The notes: generated from the sequence alone by a model not told the origin. DNA of 64,000 nucleotides from an uncultured delta proteobacterium (GCA_963727485.1 CAVSGM010000002.1:928001-992000), one strand, 5' to 3'; counted from the stretch's first letter, positions 22,972 through 34,155 are shown. Numbers and translations: made by a program.

Positions 22972-24165
22972 ATGCTCGCCGCCGACCTCACCCTCGGCCC
23001 CCCGGCCGAGGCGGCCGAGGTGGCCGCCTTCCGGGACATCGCCATCGACGCCCTCCTCTTCCGGAGGGCGCCCGAGGACTGGCCCGAGTCCGAGGGGCTC
23101 GCGAACGTCACCGTGGCCCGCCTCGGCGACGAGGTCGTCGGGGGCCTGGTGGTCCAGCCCATGGGCCTCTGGGTCGGCGCGCGCAGCGTCCCCATGGGGG
23201 CGGTCAGGGCGGTGGCGGTGGCGCCGGAGCACCGGGGGCGGCGGGTGGCCTTCGCGCTGGTCCGGCGCGCCCTCGAGGCCGACCGCGACGCCGGCCGGCC
23301 GGTGTCGATGCTCTTCGCGGCGACCTTCTCGGTGTACCGGAAGGCCGGCTACGAGCACGCCGGCACCTTCAACGTCTACCGGGTGCCGGCCCACGCCTTC
23401 GGGAACACCGTGGCGCCGGCGGGCACGGTGGCCCCGGCGCGCCGGGGCGGCCCCGACGACCTCCCCGCCGTCCGCGCCCTCTACGAGGCCGTCGCCCGGC
23501 AGCGCCCGGGCCACCTCGACCGCTCCGAGTGGTTCTGGGGCCGGCGCTTCGCGGCGCTGACCGACGGCAAGGCCAAGCTCTACCTCCTCGGCGCCGGCGA
23601 CCCGGAGGGCTTCGTCGTCCTCCAGCCGGGCGTCCCCGGGGACACCGGCCGGGGCACCCTCGTGGTCTCGGACTGGGGCGTCACCACCCCCGCCGCCGCC
23701 CGGGGCCTCCGGCGCCTCCTCGCCGGCCACCGCTCCCGCATCGACGACGTGGAGCTCCGGGGCGCGGTGGGCGAGCCGCTGCTTTTGCCGCTCGCCGACC
23801 CGGCGTCGCGGATCCACGACCAGGTGCTGTGGATGCTCCGCCTCACCGACGTCGCCGCCGCCCTCGAGGCCCGGGGCTGGCCCGCCGGCCGCACCGGCAG
23901 CCTCCACCTCGACGTCGCCGACGACGTCCTCCCCTGGAACCGCCGGCGCCTGGTCCTCGAGGTCGAGGGCGGCCGGGCCACCGTCCGCGAGGGGGGCGAG
24001 GGCACCCTGAAGGCCGACGTCCGGGGGCTGGCGTCCCTCTACACCGGCCACCTCGGCGCCGAGCCGCTGGCCACCTGCGGCCTCCTCGACGGGCCGCCCG
24101 AGACCCTCGCCGCCGCCACCGCCCTCTTCGCCGGCCCGGCCCCCTGGACGCCGGACATGTTCTAG
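22972..24165 (+). CDS. Eis-like GNAT acetyltransferase with C-terminal SCP2-like domain
   Basis: VAVAPEHRGRRVA, YRKAGY, DVAAALEARGW and LASLYTG motifs. Confidence 0.88.
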   Translation: MLAADLTLGPPAEAAEVAAFRDIAIDALLFRRAPEDWPESEGLANVTVARLGDEVVGGLVVQPMGLWVGARSVPMGAVRAVAVAPEHRGRRVAFALVRRALEADRDAGRPVSMLFAATFSVYRKAGYEHAGTFNVYRVPAHAFGNTVAPAGTVAPARRGGPDDLPAVRALYEAVARQRPGHLDRSEWFWGRRFAALTDGKAKLYLLGAGDPEGFVVLQPGVPGDTGRGTLVVSDWGVTTPAAARGLRRLLAGHRSRIDDVELRGAVGEPLLLPLADPASRIHDQVLWMLRLTDVAAALEARGWPAGRTGSLHLDVADDVLPWNRRRLVLEVEGGRATVREGGEGTLKADVRGLASLYTGHLGAEPLATCGLLDGPPETLAAATALFAGPAPWTPDMF

Positions 24166-24219
24166 GGGAGCCCCGCGGCCCCGGCGGACCTAGATTTCCC
24201 GAATCGGTTCGGAGACACG

Positions 24220-25281
24220 ATGTACGCAGCGATCCTCGCCGGCGGTTCCGGCACCCGCTTCTGGCCCCTCTCGCGCACCGCGCGGCCCAAGCAGTTCCTC
24301 GACCTCCTCGGAGGCGGGAGCCTGCTCGAGGCCACCGCGGCGCGCCTGCCGCCCCTGGTGCGCCCGGACGAGACGCTGGTGGTCTGCGGCCCGGTCCACG
24401 CCGACGAGGCCCGCCGGCGCCTGCCGAGGCTCGCCCCCGACCAGGTCCTCGTCGAGCCCGCCCCGAGGAACACCGCCGCCGCCGTGGGCCTGGCCACCTT
24501 CTGGGCCCTGAAGCGCGACCCCGACGCGGTGGTGGCGATCCTCCCCGCCGACCACCACATCGGCGACGCCGCCGCCTTCCGCGCGGTCCTCGCCGACGCC
24601 GAGGGCGCCGCCCGCGAGGGCCACATCGTCACCCTGGGCATGGCCCCCACCCGCCCGGAGACCGGCTACGGCTACATCCACGCCGGCGAGGTGGTGATGG
24701 AGGTGGACGGCCGCCCGGTGCACCGGGTCCGTGCCTTCAAGGAGAAGCCCGACCTCGAGCAGGCCGAGGCCTACCTGCGCGCCGGGAGCCACTACTGGAA
24801 CGGCGGGATCTTCGTCTTCCGCGCCGAGGTGATGCGCGCCGAGCTCGCCCGCCACGCCCCGGGGGTCAGCGGGCCGCTGGAGGCCATCGCCACCGACCTC
24901 GACGACCCCGAGGCCCTCGCCGAGGCCTGGGGCCAGGTGGAGTCCACCTCCATCGACTACGCGGTGATGGAGCACACCGACCGCGCCGCGGTGATCCCGG
25001 TGCGCTTCCCCTGGTCCGATCTGGGGAGCTTCGCCTCGCTCCCGGAGGTCCTCGAGGCCGACGCCACCGGGAACACCGTCATCGGCGACGCCATCACCGT
25101 CGACGCCACCGGCTGCGTCGTCCACGCCGCCGCCGGTCGCCCGGTGGCCCTGGTGGGCGTCGAGAACCTCGTCGTCGTCGACGCCGGCGACGCCATCCTG
25201 GTGTGCCCCGCCTCCCGGTGCCAGGAGGTGCGCGAGGTCGTGGCGCGCCTCAAGGCCGGGGGCCGCGACACCCTTCTCTAG
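24220..25281 (+). CDS. manC: Mannose-1-phosphate guanylyltransferase
   Basis: ILAGGSGTRFWPLSR, PKQF, ETGYGYI, FKEKP, SIDYAVME and WSDLGS motifs. Confidence 0.95.
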   Translation: MYAAILAGGSGTRFWPLSRTARPKQFLDLLGGGSLLEATAARLPPLVRPDETLVVCGPVHADEARRRLPRLAPDQVLVEPAPRNTAAAVGLATFWALKRDPDAVVAILPADHHIGDAAAFRAVLADAEGAAREGHIVTLGMAPTRPETGYGYIHAGEVVMEVDGRPVHRVRAFKEKPDLEQAEAYLRAGSHYWNGGIFVFRAEVMRAELARHAPGVSGPLEAIATDLDDPEALAEAWGQVESTSIDYAVMEHTDRAAVIPVRFPWSDLGSFASLPEVLEADATGNTVIGDAITVDATGCVVHAAAGRPVALVGVENLVVVDAGDAILVCPASRCQEVREVVARLKAGGRDTLL

Positions 25282-25295
25282 ACCTGGGGGAACCC

Positions 25296-26666
25296 ATGAA
25301 CACCGACATCTTCCGCGAGTACGACATCCGGGGCGTGGTCGACACCGACCTCACCGACGAGGTCGTCACCGACCTCGGCCGGGCCCTGGGCAGCGAGGTG
25401 CGCGACTCGGGCGGCGACACCGTGGTCCTCGGCCGCGACGCCCGCACCAGCAGCCTCCGCTTCCGCGAGGCCTTCGTCGACGGGCTCCTCGACGTGGGCT
25501 GCTCGGTGGTGGACATCGGGCTGTGCACCACGCCGCTGCTCTACTTCGCCGCCAACAGCTGGGAGGACGCCCACGGCCTGGCGATGATCACCGGCTCCCA
25601 CAACCCGCCGGACCACAACGGGTTCAAGGTGGGCGTGGGCAAGGTGACCATGGGCGGGGAGAAGATCCAGGTCCTGCGCCGGCGCATCGAGAACCGCCGG
25701 TTCACCACCGGCAAGCGGGCCAAGGTCCACTCCCGCGACGCGCTGAAGCCCTACCTCGCCTACCTGAAGGAGAACCTCCAGTTCGGCGAGCGGCGGCCCA
25801 AGGTGGTGATCGACGCGGGCAACGGCGTGGGCGCCATCACCGCCATGCCCATGCTCGAGGCGGCGGGCTTCGAGCCGGTGGGCCTCTACCTCGAGCCCGA
25901 CGGCACCTTCCCCAACCACGAGGCCGACCCCACGGTGGAGGCGAACCTCGCCCCGCTCATCGCCGCGGTCAAGGAGCACGGAGCCGACGCGGGCATCGCC
26001 TACGACGGCGACGCCGACCGCATCGGGGTGGTCGACGAGCAGGGCCGGATCATCTGGGGCGACAAGCTGATGATCCTCTTCTCCCGGGCGGTCCTCGAGG
26101 AGAACCCCGGGGCGCCCATCGTCGGCGAGGTGAAGTGCAGCAAGACCCTCTACGACGACATCGCCGCCCACGGCGGCAGGCCCATCATGTGCAAGACCGG
26201 CCACTCGCTGATCAAGGCCCGGATGAAGGAGGAGGGCGCGCTCCTCGGCGGGGAGATGAGCGGCCACATGTTCTTCGCCGACCGCTACTTCGGCTACGAC
26301 GACGCCTGCTACGCCACCGGGCGCCTGCTGGAGATCCTCTCGGCCACCGACCGGCCCCTCTCCGAGCTCCTCGCCGACGTGCCGGCCACCTTCGCCACCC
26401 CGGAGCTGCGCAACGAGATCCCCGAGGCCATCAAGTTCCCGGTGGTGGAGGCGCTGCAGGAGCGCCTGGCCAAGGCCCACGAGGTGGTCACCATCGACGG
26501 CGCCCGGGTGATCTTCCCGGACGGCTGGGGCCTGGTGCGCGCCTCCAACACCCAGCCGCTCCTGGTCCTGCGCTTCGAGGCCGAGACCGAGGCGCGCCTC
26601 CAGGAGATCCAGGGCCTGGTCGAGGGCGAGCTCGCCGCCGCCCGGGCCGAGGTGGAGGCGCGGTGA
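25296..26666 (+). CDS. algC: Phosphomannomutase/phosphoglucomutase
   Basis: FREYDIRG, TGSHNP, DGDADR, GEMSGH and RASNTQP motifs. Confidence 0.95.
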   Translation: MNTDIFREYDIRGVVDTDLTDEVVTDLGRALGSEVRDSGGDTVVLGRDARTSSLRFREAFVDGLLDVGCSVVDIGLCTTPLLYFAANSWEDAHGLAMITGSHNPPDHNGFKVGVGKVTMGGEKIQVLRRRIENRRFTTGKRAKVHSRDALKPYLAYLKENLQFGERRPKVVIDAGNGVGAITAMPMLEAAGFEPVGLYLEPDGTFPNHEADPTVEANLAPLIAAVKEHGADAGIAYDGDADRIGVVDEQGRIIWGDKLMILFSRAVLEENPGAPIVGEVKCSKTLYDDIAAHGGRPIMCKTGHSLIKARMKEEGALLGGEMSGHMFFADRYFGYDDACYATGRLLEILSATDRPLSELLADVPATFATPELRNEIPEAIKFPVVEALQERLAKAHEVVTIDGARVIFPDGWGLVRASNTQPLLVLRFEAETEARLQEIQGLVEGELAAARAEVEAR

Positions 26667-27364
26667 CCGCCCCCGCCGGGGACGCCCCAGCGCCCGGCGA
26701 CGACGGGGACGACGGGGACGAGGGCCGCTACCGGCGCTTCGTCCTCGCCGAGACCCGGGTGGGCGCCCCGGCCCTGGTGCCCGAGCTGGCCCTCCACCTC
26801 GCCGAGGCGGCGACGCCCCTGTGGGAGGCCACCGAGGCGACGCTCTCGAAGACCGGCCTGCCCCCGCCCTACTGGGCGTTCGCCTGGCCGGGAGGGCAGG
26901 CCACCGCCCGCCACCTCCTCGATCACCCCGAGCTCGTCGCCGGCCGCACCGTCCTCGACTTCGGCGCCGGCTCGGGGATCGCCGGCATCGCCGCGGCGAA
27001 GGCCGGCGCCGCCCGGGTGGTCTTGAGCGACATCGATCCCTTCGCCGGCGCCGCCATGCGCCTCAACGCCGGCCTCAACGACGTCGAGGTGGAGGTCACC
27101 ACCGCCGACCTGGTGGGCTCGCGCGAGGGCTTCGACCTCGTCCTCGCCGGGGACGTCTGCTACGAGCGCCCCATGGCCGAGGCGGTCACCCGGTGGCTCG
27201 CCGCCCTGGCGGTCGCCGGGGTCCCGGTGATCCTCGCCGACCCCGGGCGCAGCTACCTGCCCAGCGAGGGCCTCGAGGCGCTGGCGACCTACGCGGTGCC
27301 CACCTCCCTGGACCTCGAGGACCGGGAGGTCCGGGAGACCACCCTCTACCGGCTGGTGGGCTAG
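26663..27364 (+). CDS. Class I SAM-dependent methyltransferase (PrmA/ETF-beta lysine methyltransferase-like)
   Basis: PPPYWAFAWPGG, LDFGAGSG, GDVCYE and DPGR motifs. Confidence 0.85.
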   Translation: MTAPAGDAPAPGDDGDDGDEGRYRRFVLAETRVGAPALVPELALHLAEAATPLWEATEATLSKTGLPPPYWAFAWPGGQATARHLLDHPELVAGRTVLDFGAGSGIAGIAAAKAGAARVVLSDIDPFAGAAMRLNAGLNDVEVEVTTADLVGSREGFDLVLAGDVCYERPMAEAVTRWLAALAVAGVPVILADPGRSYLPSEGLEALATYAVPTSLDLEDREVRETTLYRLVG

Positions 27365-28749
27365 GCGGCCGTCCGCCGCCGGCGACCGAGGGCGACGAGC
27401 CCCAGGCCCAGGAGCAGGAGCCCGGCGCCGCTCCCGCCGTGGGCGGCGCTGCACCCGCAGCCCCCCGGGGAGACGTTGTCGACCGGGATGGGACCGCCGT
27501 CCGCGCCGCCCCCGCCGTCCGCCGCCCCGGCATCCGGGCCGCCGGCGTCGGCCCCGCCGCCGTCCGACACCCCGCCGTCGGTCGCCGCCGCGGTGCCGTA
27601 CTCGTAGGCGCCCACGTCGAGGGTCCCGTCCGCGGGCCGGGGCACGGTGGCCGTGGGGTGGGCGTACGCCTTGGTCGGCGCCAGGGCGTAGCCGTCGAAG
27701 CTCTGCCCGGGGTCCACCCCGGCGTCGACGGCCGGGGAGCCGGCGAGGAGGTGGTAGTCGAAGCCCGCCCGGTCCACCAGCATCGGCGCGTTGGTCTCCA
27801 GGTTCCCGGCGAGGGTCGGCTGGCCGCCCGTGGCCGTGCCCCCACCGATGAACAGGTTGTTCTCGACGGTCGCCTGCGAGCCGCTCCCCAGGTAGACCAG
27901 CGTCCCCGCCCCGGCGTCGTTCACGAAGGTGTTGTTCACCACGTAGAGGTGGTGGTCGGGGTTCGCGGGGTTGGTCCCCTCCTCGAGGTAGGCGAGCATC
28001 TGCTTGTTCATCGGGCTCGACCCCTGCTGGAAGAGGTTCCCGATGACGTAGCTCTCGCCGCCGTTGGGCAGGTCCAGCTCCCGGCTCGCCTGCCCGCCGT
28101 CCTGGGTGATCCGGTTGTAGAGGATCTCGTTGACCGCGGCCCGGCTCTTGACCAGGTGGCCGGCGTCGGGCCCCGAGGCGAGCGCGTGGGACCAGCACCC
28201 GATCATGGTGAAGTGGCCCACGTGCCCGATGTAGAGGTTGTGGGTGTAGCCCCAGTCGCCGGACCCGTTCTGGTAGAGCTCGTCGTCCACGAGGGTGACG
28301 TGGGCGCTCGCATTCGAGCTGGTGAGGATCCCGTCCTGGTTGTCGTGGATGTAGCTGTGCTTCACCGTGAGGTCGCCGCCCTGGGCCCGGATGCCGGCGC
28401 CGTTGGCCCCGTAGTTGGCGGCGATCTGGCAGCCGGAGAGCTCGACGTTGTCGATGGTCACGTTGTTGCCGTTGACCACCCAGATGGCCTTGTGGCCGTA
28501 GGCCTGCCCGGCGGCGTCGATGTGGGGCCGGCCGTTGACGCCCCGGAGGGTGAGGTCGTTCTGGGGGATGGCGCAGACGTCGCCGTCGTAGCTGCCGGTG
28601 GCGTCGATGAGGATGGTGTCGCCGTCGCCCGCCGCGGCGATCGCCTGGCAGGGCTTGGCGTAGGTCTGTCCGGGCCCCACGTTCAGGGTGGCGGCGAAGG
28701 CCGGGGCGGCGAGGAGCAGGGCGGCGAGGGCGATGGGAAGTCGGGCCAT
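27361..28749 (-). CDS. Secreted parallel beta-helix protein with MYXO-CTERM-like sorting tail
   Basis: Signal peptide; Asn/Gly-rich beta-helix repeats (IHDNQDGI, HNLYIG, VIGNLF, VNNTF); acidic linker; GGCGCS followed by a TM segment and RRRR. Confidence 0.8.
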   Translation of the reverse strand: MARLPIALAALLLAAPAFAATLNVGPGQTYAKPCQAIAAAGDGDTILIDATGSYDGDVCAIPQNDLTLRGVNGRPHIDAAGQAYGHKAIWVVNGNNVTIDNVELSGCQIAANYGANGAGIRAQGGDLTVKHSYIHDNQDGILTSSNASAHVTLVDDELYQNGSGDWGYTHNLYIGHVGHFTMIGCWSHALASGPDAGHLVKSRAAVNEILYNRITQDGGQASRELDLPNGGESYVIGNLFQQGSSPMNKQMLAYLEEGTNPANPDHHLYVVNNTFVNDAGAGTLVYLGSGSQATVENNLFIGGGTATGGQPTLAGNLETNAPMLVDRAGFDYHLLAGSPAVDAGVDPGQSFDGYALAPTKAYAHPTATVPRPADGTLDVGAYEYGTAAATDGGVSDGGGADAGGPDAGAADGGGGADGGPIPVDNVSPGGCGCSAAHGGSGAGLLLLGLGLVALGRRRRTAA

Positions 28750-28799
28750 GGTTGGCCATCATCGCGCAGCCCGGCCACGGGGGAAACCGTCCCGGGTCC

Positions 28800-30744
28800 C
28801 TATCGCCGGCGCCGGCGCATCCAGTTGATGCGGCCCCCGGCGAGGAGCACCTCGGCGGCCCGCCCGGAGAGGCCGTGGTGGACGCGGAGCGCCCGGTCCT
28901 TGCCCTCGACCTCTACCGTGAGGTCCTCGCCCGCCGACACCGCGTCGCGGATCCCCTCGAGGACCAGCACGTCGCCTGGCTCCAGGGCGTCGTAGTCGTC
29001 CGGGTCGGCGAAGGTCAGGGGCAGGACCCCGAAGTTCACCAGGTTCTGCCCATGGATCCGGGAGAAGCGCTTGGCCAGCACCGCCCGGAGCCCCAGGTAC
29101 CGTGGCGCCAGCGCCGCGTGCTCCCGGCTGGAGCCCTGGCCGTAGTTGTCACCGCCGACCACCGCGTGGCCCCCGTCGTCCTTCACCGCCTTCGCCCGCT
29201 TTGCGTACCCGCTGTCGACCAGGTCGAAGGCGAACTCGGCGATCTTGGGGATGTTGCTGCGGTAGGGCAGCACCCTCGTCCCCGCCGGGAGGATCTCGTC
29301 GGTGGACAGATCGTCGCCGACCTTGAGGAGCACCGGGAGGCGCAGGGCGTCGGGGAGCGCGTCGAGCTCGGGAATGGAGGCGATGTTCGGCCCCTTCACC
29401 AGGTCGACCTCGGAGCCGTCCTCCGGAGGCGCGGCGAGCATCTCCCGGTTGCGGATCCACTTCTTCGGCGGTGCGTACCTGGGGCAGGGGATGTTGAGGC
29501 TCCGGGGATGGGTGATCACCCCGCGCAGGGCGCTGGCGGTGGCGGTCTCGGGGCTGACCAGGTAGACGCTGTCCTCGCGGGTCCCCGAGCGTCCGGGGAA
29601 GTTCCGCGGCGTGGTCCGGAGACTGGGCCGGCCGGTGGCGGGCGCCTGGCCCATGCCGATGCAGCCGTTGCAGCCGGCCTGGTGGAGCCGCGCCCCGGCG
29701 TGGAGGAGTCGGCCCAGGTGCCCCGAGGCCACCAGGTTCTCCAGGATCTCCCGGGAGGTGGGGTTGACGTCGAAGCTCACCCCGTCGGCGACGCGCCGGC
29801 CCTCGAGCATCATCGCCGGCACCGCGAAGTCCCGGGGCCCGGGGTTCGCCGAGGAGCCAAGGTAGGCCTGGTAGATCTCCATGCCCTCGAGCTCGGAGAC
29901 CTCGACCACGTTCCCGGGGCTCGAGGGCTTGGCGATGAGCGGCACCAGGGCGGAGAGGTCGAGGGTGTCGGTGTCGTCGTACTCGGCGTCCCGATCGGCG
30001 GCGAGCGCCTGGAAGTCGACCTCGCGCCCCTGCTCGGCGAGGAAGCACCTCGTCTCGTCGTCGGCCGGGAAGACGGTGGTGGTGGCGCCGAGCTCGGCGC
30101 CCATGTTGGCGATGACGTGGCGGTCCCAGGTGGACAGCGTCGCCACCCCCGGTCCGTGGTACTCGACGACGCGCCCGAGCCCCCCGTCGACCCCGTGGCG
30201 CCGGAGCATCTCCAGGATCACGTCCTTGGCGCTCACCCACTCCGGGAGCTCGCCCTCGAGGCGCACCCCGAGGACCCGCGGCATCTTCACGTGGAAGGGC
30301 TCCCCGGCCATCGCCAGGGCCACGTCCAGGCCCCCGGCGCCGATGGCGAGCATCCCCAGGGCCCCGCCGGCGCAGGAGTGGCTGTCCGAGCCCAGGAGGG
30401 TCCGGCCCGGCCGGCCGAAGTGACTCATGTGCAGCGGGTGGCTCACCCCGTTGCCCGGGCGGCTGAACCATACCCCGAAGCGCTGGCAGGCGCTCTCCAG
30501 GAAGAGGTGGTCGTCGGGGTTCTTGAAGTCCTCCTGGACCAGGTTGTGATCCACGTACTGGGCGCTGACCTCGGTCTTCACCCGGTCGAGGCCCATGGCC
30601 TCGAGCTCGAGCATCACCAGGGTGCCGGTGGCGTCCTGGGTCAGGGTCTGGTCGACGTGGATCCCGATTCTCGGTGCCCGGGGTCGGCTCCCCCTCGACC
30701 AGGTGGGACTCGATGAGCTTCGTCGCGACGGTTCCGTGAGCCAT
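28800..30744 (-). CDS. Aconitate hydratase (compact type), frameshifted at about 30668
   Basis: MAHGTVATKLIESHL joins DQTLTQDATGT, DSHS, CNGCIGM, STDEILP and NYGQGSSREHA. Confidence 0.9.
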
Positions 30745-30831
30745 GGCTCGACGTTAGGGAGGCATCCGGCAGGCACAAGCAACGCCCCCGCCCTTGGCCA
30801 GCGGCGAGCGCCGGGGCTAGCCTCTGTGGCG

Positions 30832-31644
30832 ATGGTCGTCGGCCGCCTCGCGCCCACCCCCTCGGGCCACCTCCACCTGGGCAACGCCCTGGCGTTTGGC
30901 GCCGCCTGGCTCTCGGTGCGCCGCCAGGGCGGCCGGCTGCTCCTGCGCCTCGAGGACCTCGATCGGGGCCGCGCCCGGCCCGAGGTCGCCGAGGCCCAGC
31001 GCCAGGACCTCCTCTGGCTCGGCCTCGACTGGGACGAAGAGGTCCCGGCGCAGGGCACCCGGGACTACGACCTCTCGGGGATCCCCGCCTACCGGTGCGC
31101 CTGCAACCGCGCCACCCGCCTCGCCGGCGCGTGCCCCTGCCGGGCGGCGCCCGCCGCCGAGGGGGTGCTGCGGTTCCGGGTCCCCGGCGGCGAGGTGCGC
31201 TTCACCGACCGGGCCCGGGGGCCAAAGCGCTTCCGCCCCGACGACGACCCGGTGATCCGCCGGCGCGACGGCGAGGTCGCCTACCCGGCGGCGGTGGTGA
31301 TCGACGACGCCCGGGACGGCATCACCGAGGTGGTCCGGGGCGCCGACCTCCTCGAGGCCACCGCCACCCAGCTCGCCCTCCACCGGGTCCTGGGCCTGTC
31401 GCCGCCGAGCTACCTCCACGTGCCGGTGCTCCTCGGCCCCGATGGGACCAAGCTCGCCAAGCGCCACGGGAGCACCGAGCTCGAGGCCCTGCGCGCCGCC
31501 GGCTGGACCCCGGACGACGTGTGGGCCGCCCTCCTGCCGCTGCTCGGCCAGCCGCCGGGGCCGCTGGCGAACGCCGGCTTCGACCCGGCGCGGATCCCCG
31601 CCGGGCCGTTCACCGTCGACGCCCAGGGCCGGGTGCGCCGGTAG
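30832..31644 (+). CDS. gluQ: Glutamyl-Q tRNA(Asp) synthetase-like protein
   Basis: RLAPTPSGHLHLGN, RLEDLD, VVRGADL and KLAKR; no anticodon-binding domain. Confidence 0.85.
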   Translation: MVVGRLAPTPSGHLHLGNALAFGAAWLSVRRQGGRLLLRLEDLDRGRARPEVAEAQRQDLLWLGLDWDEEVPAQGTRDYDLSGIPAYRCACNRATRLAGACPCRAAPAAEGVLRFRVPGGEVRFTDRARGPKRFRPDDDPVIRRRDGEVAYPAAVVIDDARDGITEVVRGADLLEATATQLALHRVLGLSPPSYLHVPVLLGPDGTKLAKRHGSTELEALRAAGWTPDDVWAALLPLLGQPPGPLANAGFDPARIPAGPFTVDAQGRVRR

Positions 31645-32735
31645 GGCTCAGCGCCCGCCGGTGGGATCGGCGCCCGGGGCCGGCACCCTCGCCGGCGAGG
31701 CGCGCGGCCAGCTCCAGGTGATCCCGGCGCCGGAGCGTCGCCCGGGGATCGGGCCGCGGCCCGGCGGGATCGAAGCGGGCGAGCAGGGCGTCGAGGCGCC
31801 GGTGGGCGGCCTCCACCGGCCCCTCGTCGAGCTTCCCGGCGGCGAGCGCCTGGGCGATGCCCTCGATGAGGTGGTGCTGGCGATCGGCGCGGTGGCAGAC
31901 CAGGAACACGTCCACCCCGGCCTTCAGGCCCCAGCGGCCCACCTCGTCGAGGCCGAAGTGGTCGGCGACCGCGGCCATCTCCAGGTCGTCGCTGAACACC
32001 AGCCCGTCGTAGCCGAGGTCCCGGCGAAGGAGGCCCATCACCGCCGCGCTCATGGTCGCCGGGAGGCTCGGGTCCAGGGCCTCGAGGATCACGTGGGCGG
32101 TCATCATCGAGGCCACCTGGGCCTCGGCGGCGGCGCGAAACGGTGGGAGCTCCACCGCGTCGAGGCGGGCCCGGTCGTGGGCGAGGCGCGGGAGGCCCAG
32201 GTGGCTGTCGACCACGGTGTCACCGTGGCCGGGGAAGTGCTTGGCGCAGGCGGCGAGGTGCGCCCCCTGCATCCCCTCGACGAAGGCCCGGGACAGGGCG
32301 GCGACGGCCTCGGGATTCGGGCGCGAAGGCCCGGTCGCCGATGACCGGGTTGTCCGGGTTCGTGTCCACGTCGACCACCGGGGCGAAGTCCACGTCGAAG
32401 CCCAGCGCCCGGCACTCGCGGCCCAGCAGCGCCCCCACCGCCCGGGCGTCGTCGGGAGCGGAGACCGCGCGCATGGGCGGGAGGTCGGTGGCGATGCCCT
32501 TCAGGCGCGCCACCCGGCCGCCCTCCTGGTCCACCGCCACCAGCACCTTCCGGGGCGCGGCGGCGGCGCGGATCTCGGCGATGAGGGCGGCGACCTGCTC
32601 GGCGGACTCGACGTTGCGCCGGAAGAGCACCGCCCCGGCGGCCCCCTCGGCCAGAAGCGCCCGGGTCTCGGCGGGCAGCGTGGTGCCCTCGAAGCCCACC
32701 ACCAGGCACCGGGCCGCCGCCTCGCGCCGGTCCAT
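31610..32735 (-). CDS. nagZ: Beta-N-acetylhexosaminidase (GH3), frameshifted at about 32316
   Basis: DQEGGRV, FAPVVD, KHFPGHG..VDSH and SDDLEM motifs; the 3' end may be 31648 if a second indel exists. Confidence 0.9.
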
Positions 32736-32737
32736 GC

Positions 32738-34147
32738 TCAGTCCCCGTCCCGGACGCCGCCGAGGCGCACCAGGTCGTCCGGGCGGTAGCCCCAGTCGCC
32801 GGGGATCCCGCCCACCAGGTCGTAGTCGCCGGCCTCGGTGATCTCCACCGGGACGATCGCGCCGGGCGCCGCCTCCCCGCGGTTGATGAACACCAGCCCG
32901 TCGATCTCCGGGGCCTGGCCGGCGTGGCGCCCCTGGAGGAGCAGGTCGGTCTCCTCGCTCACCCCCTCCACCAGGACCTCGAGGGTCTGGCCCACCTGCG
33001 CGCGCTGCTGCTCGGCGCTGATCTTCCGCGCCAGCGCCATCAGCCGATCCCGGCGCTCGAGGGCGACGGCCTCGGGGACCTTGTCGTCCTGGGCCTGCGA
33101 GTCGGTGTCCTCCTCGTCGGAGTAGGGGAACACGCCGACGCGCTCGAAGCGCATCTCACCGACGAAGTCCATCAGCTCGGCGAAGTCGTCCTCGGTCTCC
33201 CCGGGGTGGCCGACGATGAAGGTGGTGCGGAAGGTGAGCCCGCCCTTCGCCCCGCCGACCCGCGCCCGGAAGCTCTTCACCTGGTCGCGGATGAACCTGC
33301 CGTTGGCCGGCCGGCGCATCCGCCGGAGCATCCGGTCGGAGATGTGCTGGAGCGGCATGTCGACGTAGGGGAGGATCTTCTCCTCGGAGGCCCACAGATC
33401 GAGGAAGCGCTCGGGGATCGCCCGGGGGTAGGCGTAGAGCATCCGGATCCAGCGGATCCCCTCGACCGAGGCGAGCCCGGCGAGGAGGTCGGCGAGGTGG
33501 GGCCGGCCCGGGAGGTGGTGGCCGTAGGCGGTGAGGTCCTGGGCGATGAGGTTGAGCTCCACCACCCCGCCCGCCGCCAGGCGCTCGGCCTCGGCGACGA
33601 GGTCCGCCACCGGCCGGCCCTTCTGCCCCCCGCGCAGCTTGGGGATGATGCAGAAGGCGCAGGCGTTGTCGCAGCCCTCGGAGATCTTGAGGTAGGCGCT
33701 CCCGCCCCGGGTGCTGCGGACCCGGGGGCTCGCCGCGTCGAAGGTGTAGTCGGGGTCGGGGAGGGTGGTGCGCGCCTCCACCGCCTCGGTGCGCGCGCCG
33801 AGGACCTCGGCGACCCGGAGGAACGCCCCGGTGCCCAGGAAGTGGTCGACCTCGGGGATCTCGGCGGCGAGCTCGGGCCCGTAGCGCTGGGCGAGGCAGC
33901 CGGTGACCACCAGCTTCTTCGCCGGGTCGGCGGCCTTGAGCTGGGCGAGGTCGAGGATGGCCCCGACGCTCTCCTCCTTGGCCGGGCCGATGAAGGCGCA
34001 GGTGTTCACCAGGAGCACGTCGGCGCTCTCGGCGCCCTCGGCGAGCTCGTAGCCCTGGTCCCGGAGGACCCCGAGCATCACCTCGGAGTCGACGCGGTTC
34101 TTGGGGCAGCCGAGGCTGACCAGGTGGACGGTGCGGCGCTTGTCCAT
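32738..34147 (-). CDS. rimO: Ribosomal protein S12 methylthiotransferase
   Basis: SLGCPKNRVDSE, NTCAFI, radical-SAM motif CDNACAFC, APEIDG and a TRAM domain. Confidence 0.96.
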   Translation of the reverse strand: MDKRRTVHLVSLGCPKNRVDSEVMLGVLRDQGYELAEGAESADVLLVNTCAFIGPAKEESVGAILDLAQLKAADPAKKLVVTGCLAQRYGPELAAEIPEVDHFLGTGAFLRVAEVLGARTEAVEARTTLPDPDYTFDAASPRVRSTRGGSAYLKISEGCDNACAFCIIPKLRGGQKGRPVADLVAEAERLAAGGVVELNLIAQDLTAYGHHLPGRPHLADLLAGLASVEGIRWIRMLYAYPRAIPERFLDLWASEEKILPYVDMPLQHISDRMLRRMRRPANGRFIRDQVKSFRARVGGAKGGLTFRTTFIVGHPGETEDDFAELMDFVGEMRFERVGVFPYSDEEDTDSQAQDDKVPEAVALERRDRLMALARKISAEQQRAQVGQTLEVLVEGVSEETDLLLQGRHAGQAPEIDGLVFINRGEAAPGAIVPVEITEAGDYDLVGGIPGDWGYRPDDLVRLGGVRDGD

Positions 34148-34155
34148 CGTTGGCG

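Noticed and set aside
21317..24165. Methyltransferase plus neighbours as a restriction-modification or defence island
   Set aside because: No nuclease, ATPase or integrase is nearby; the neighbours are metK, an Eis-like GNAT and manC
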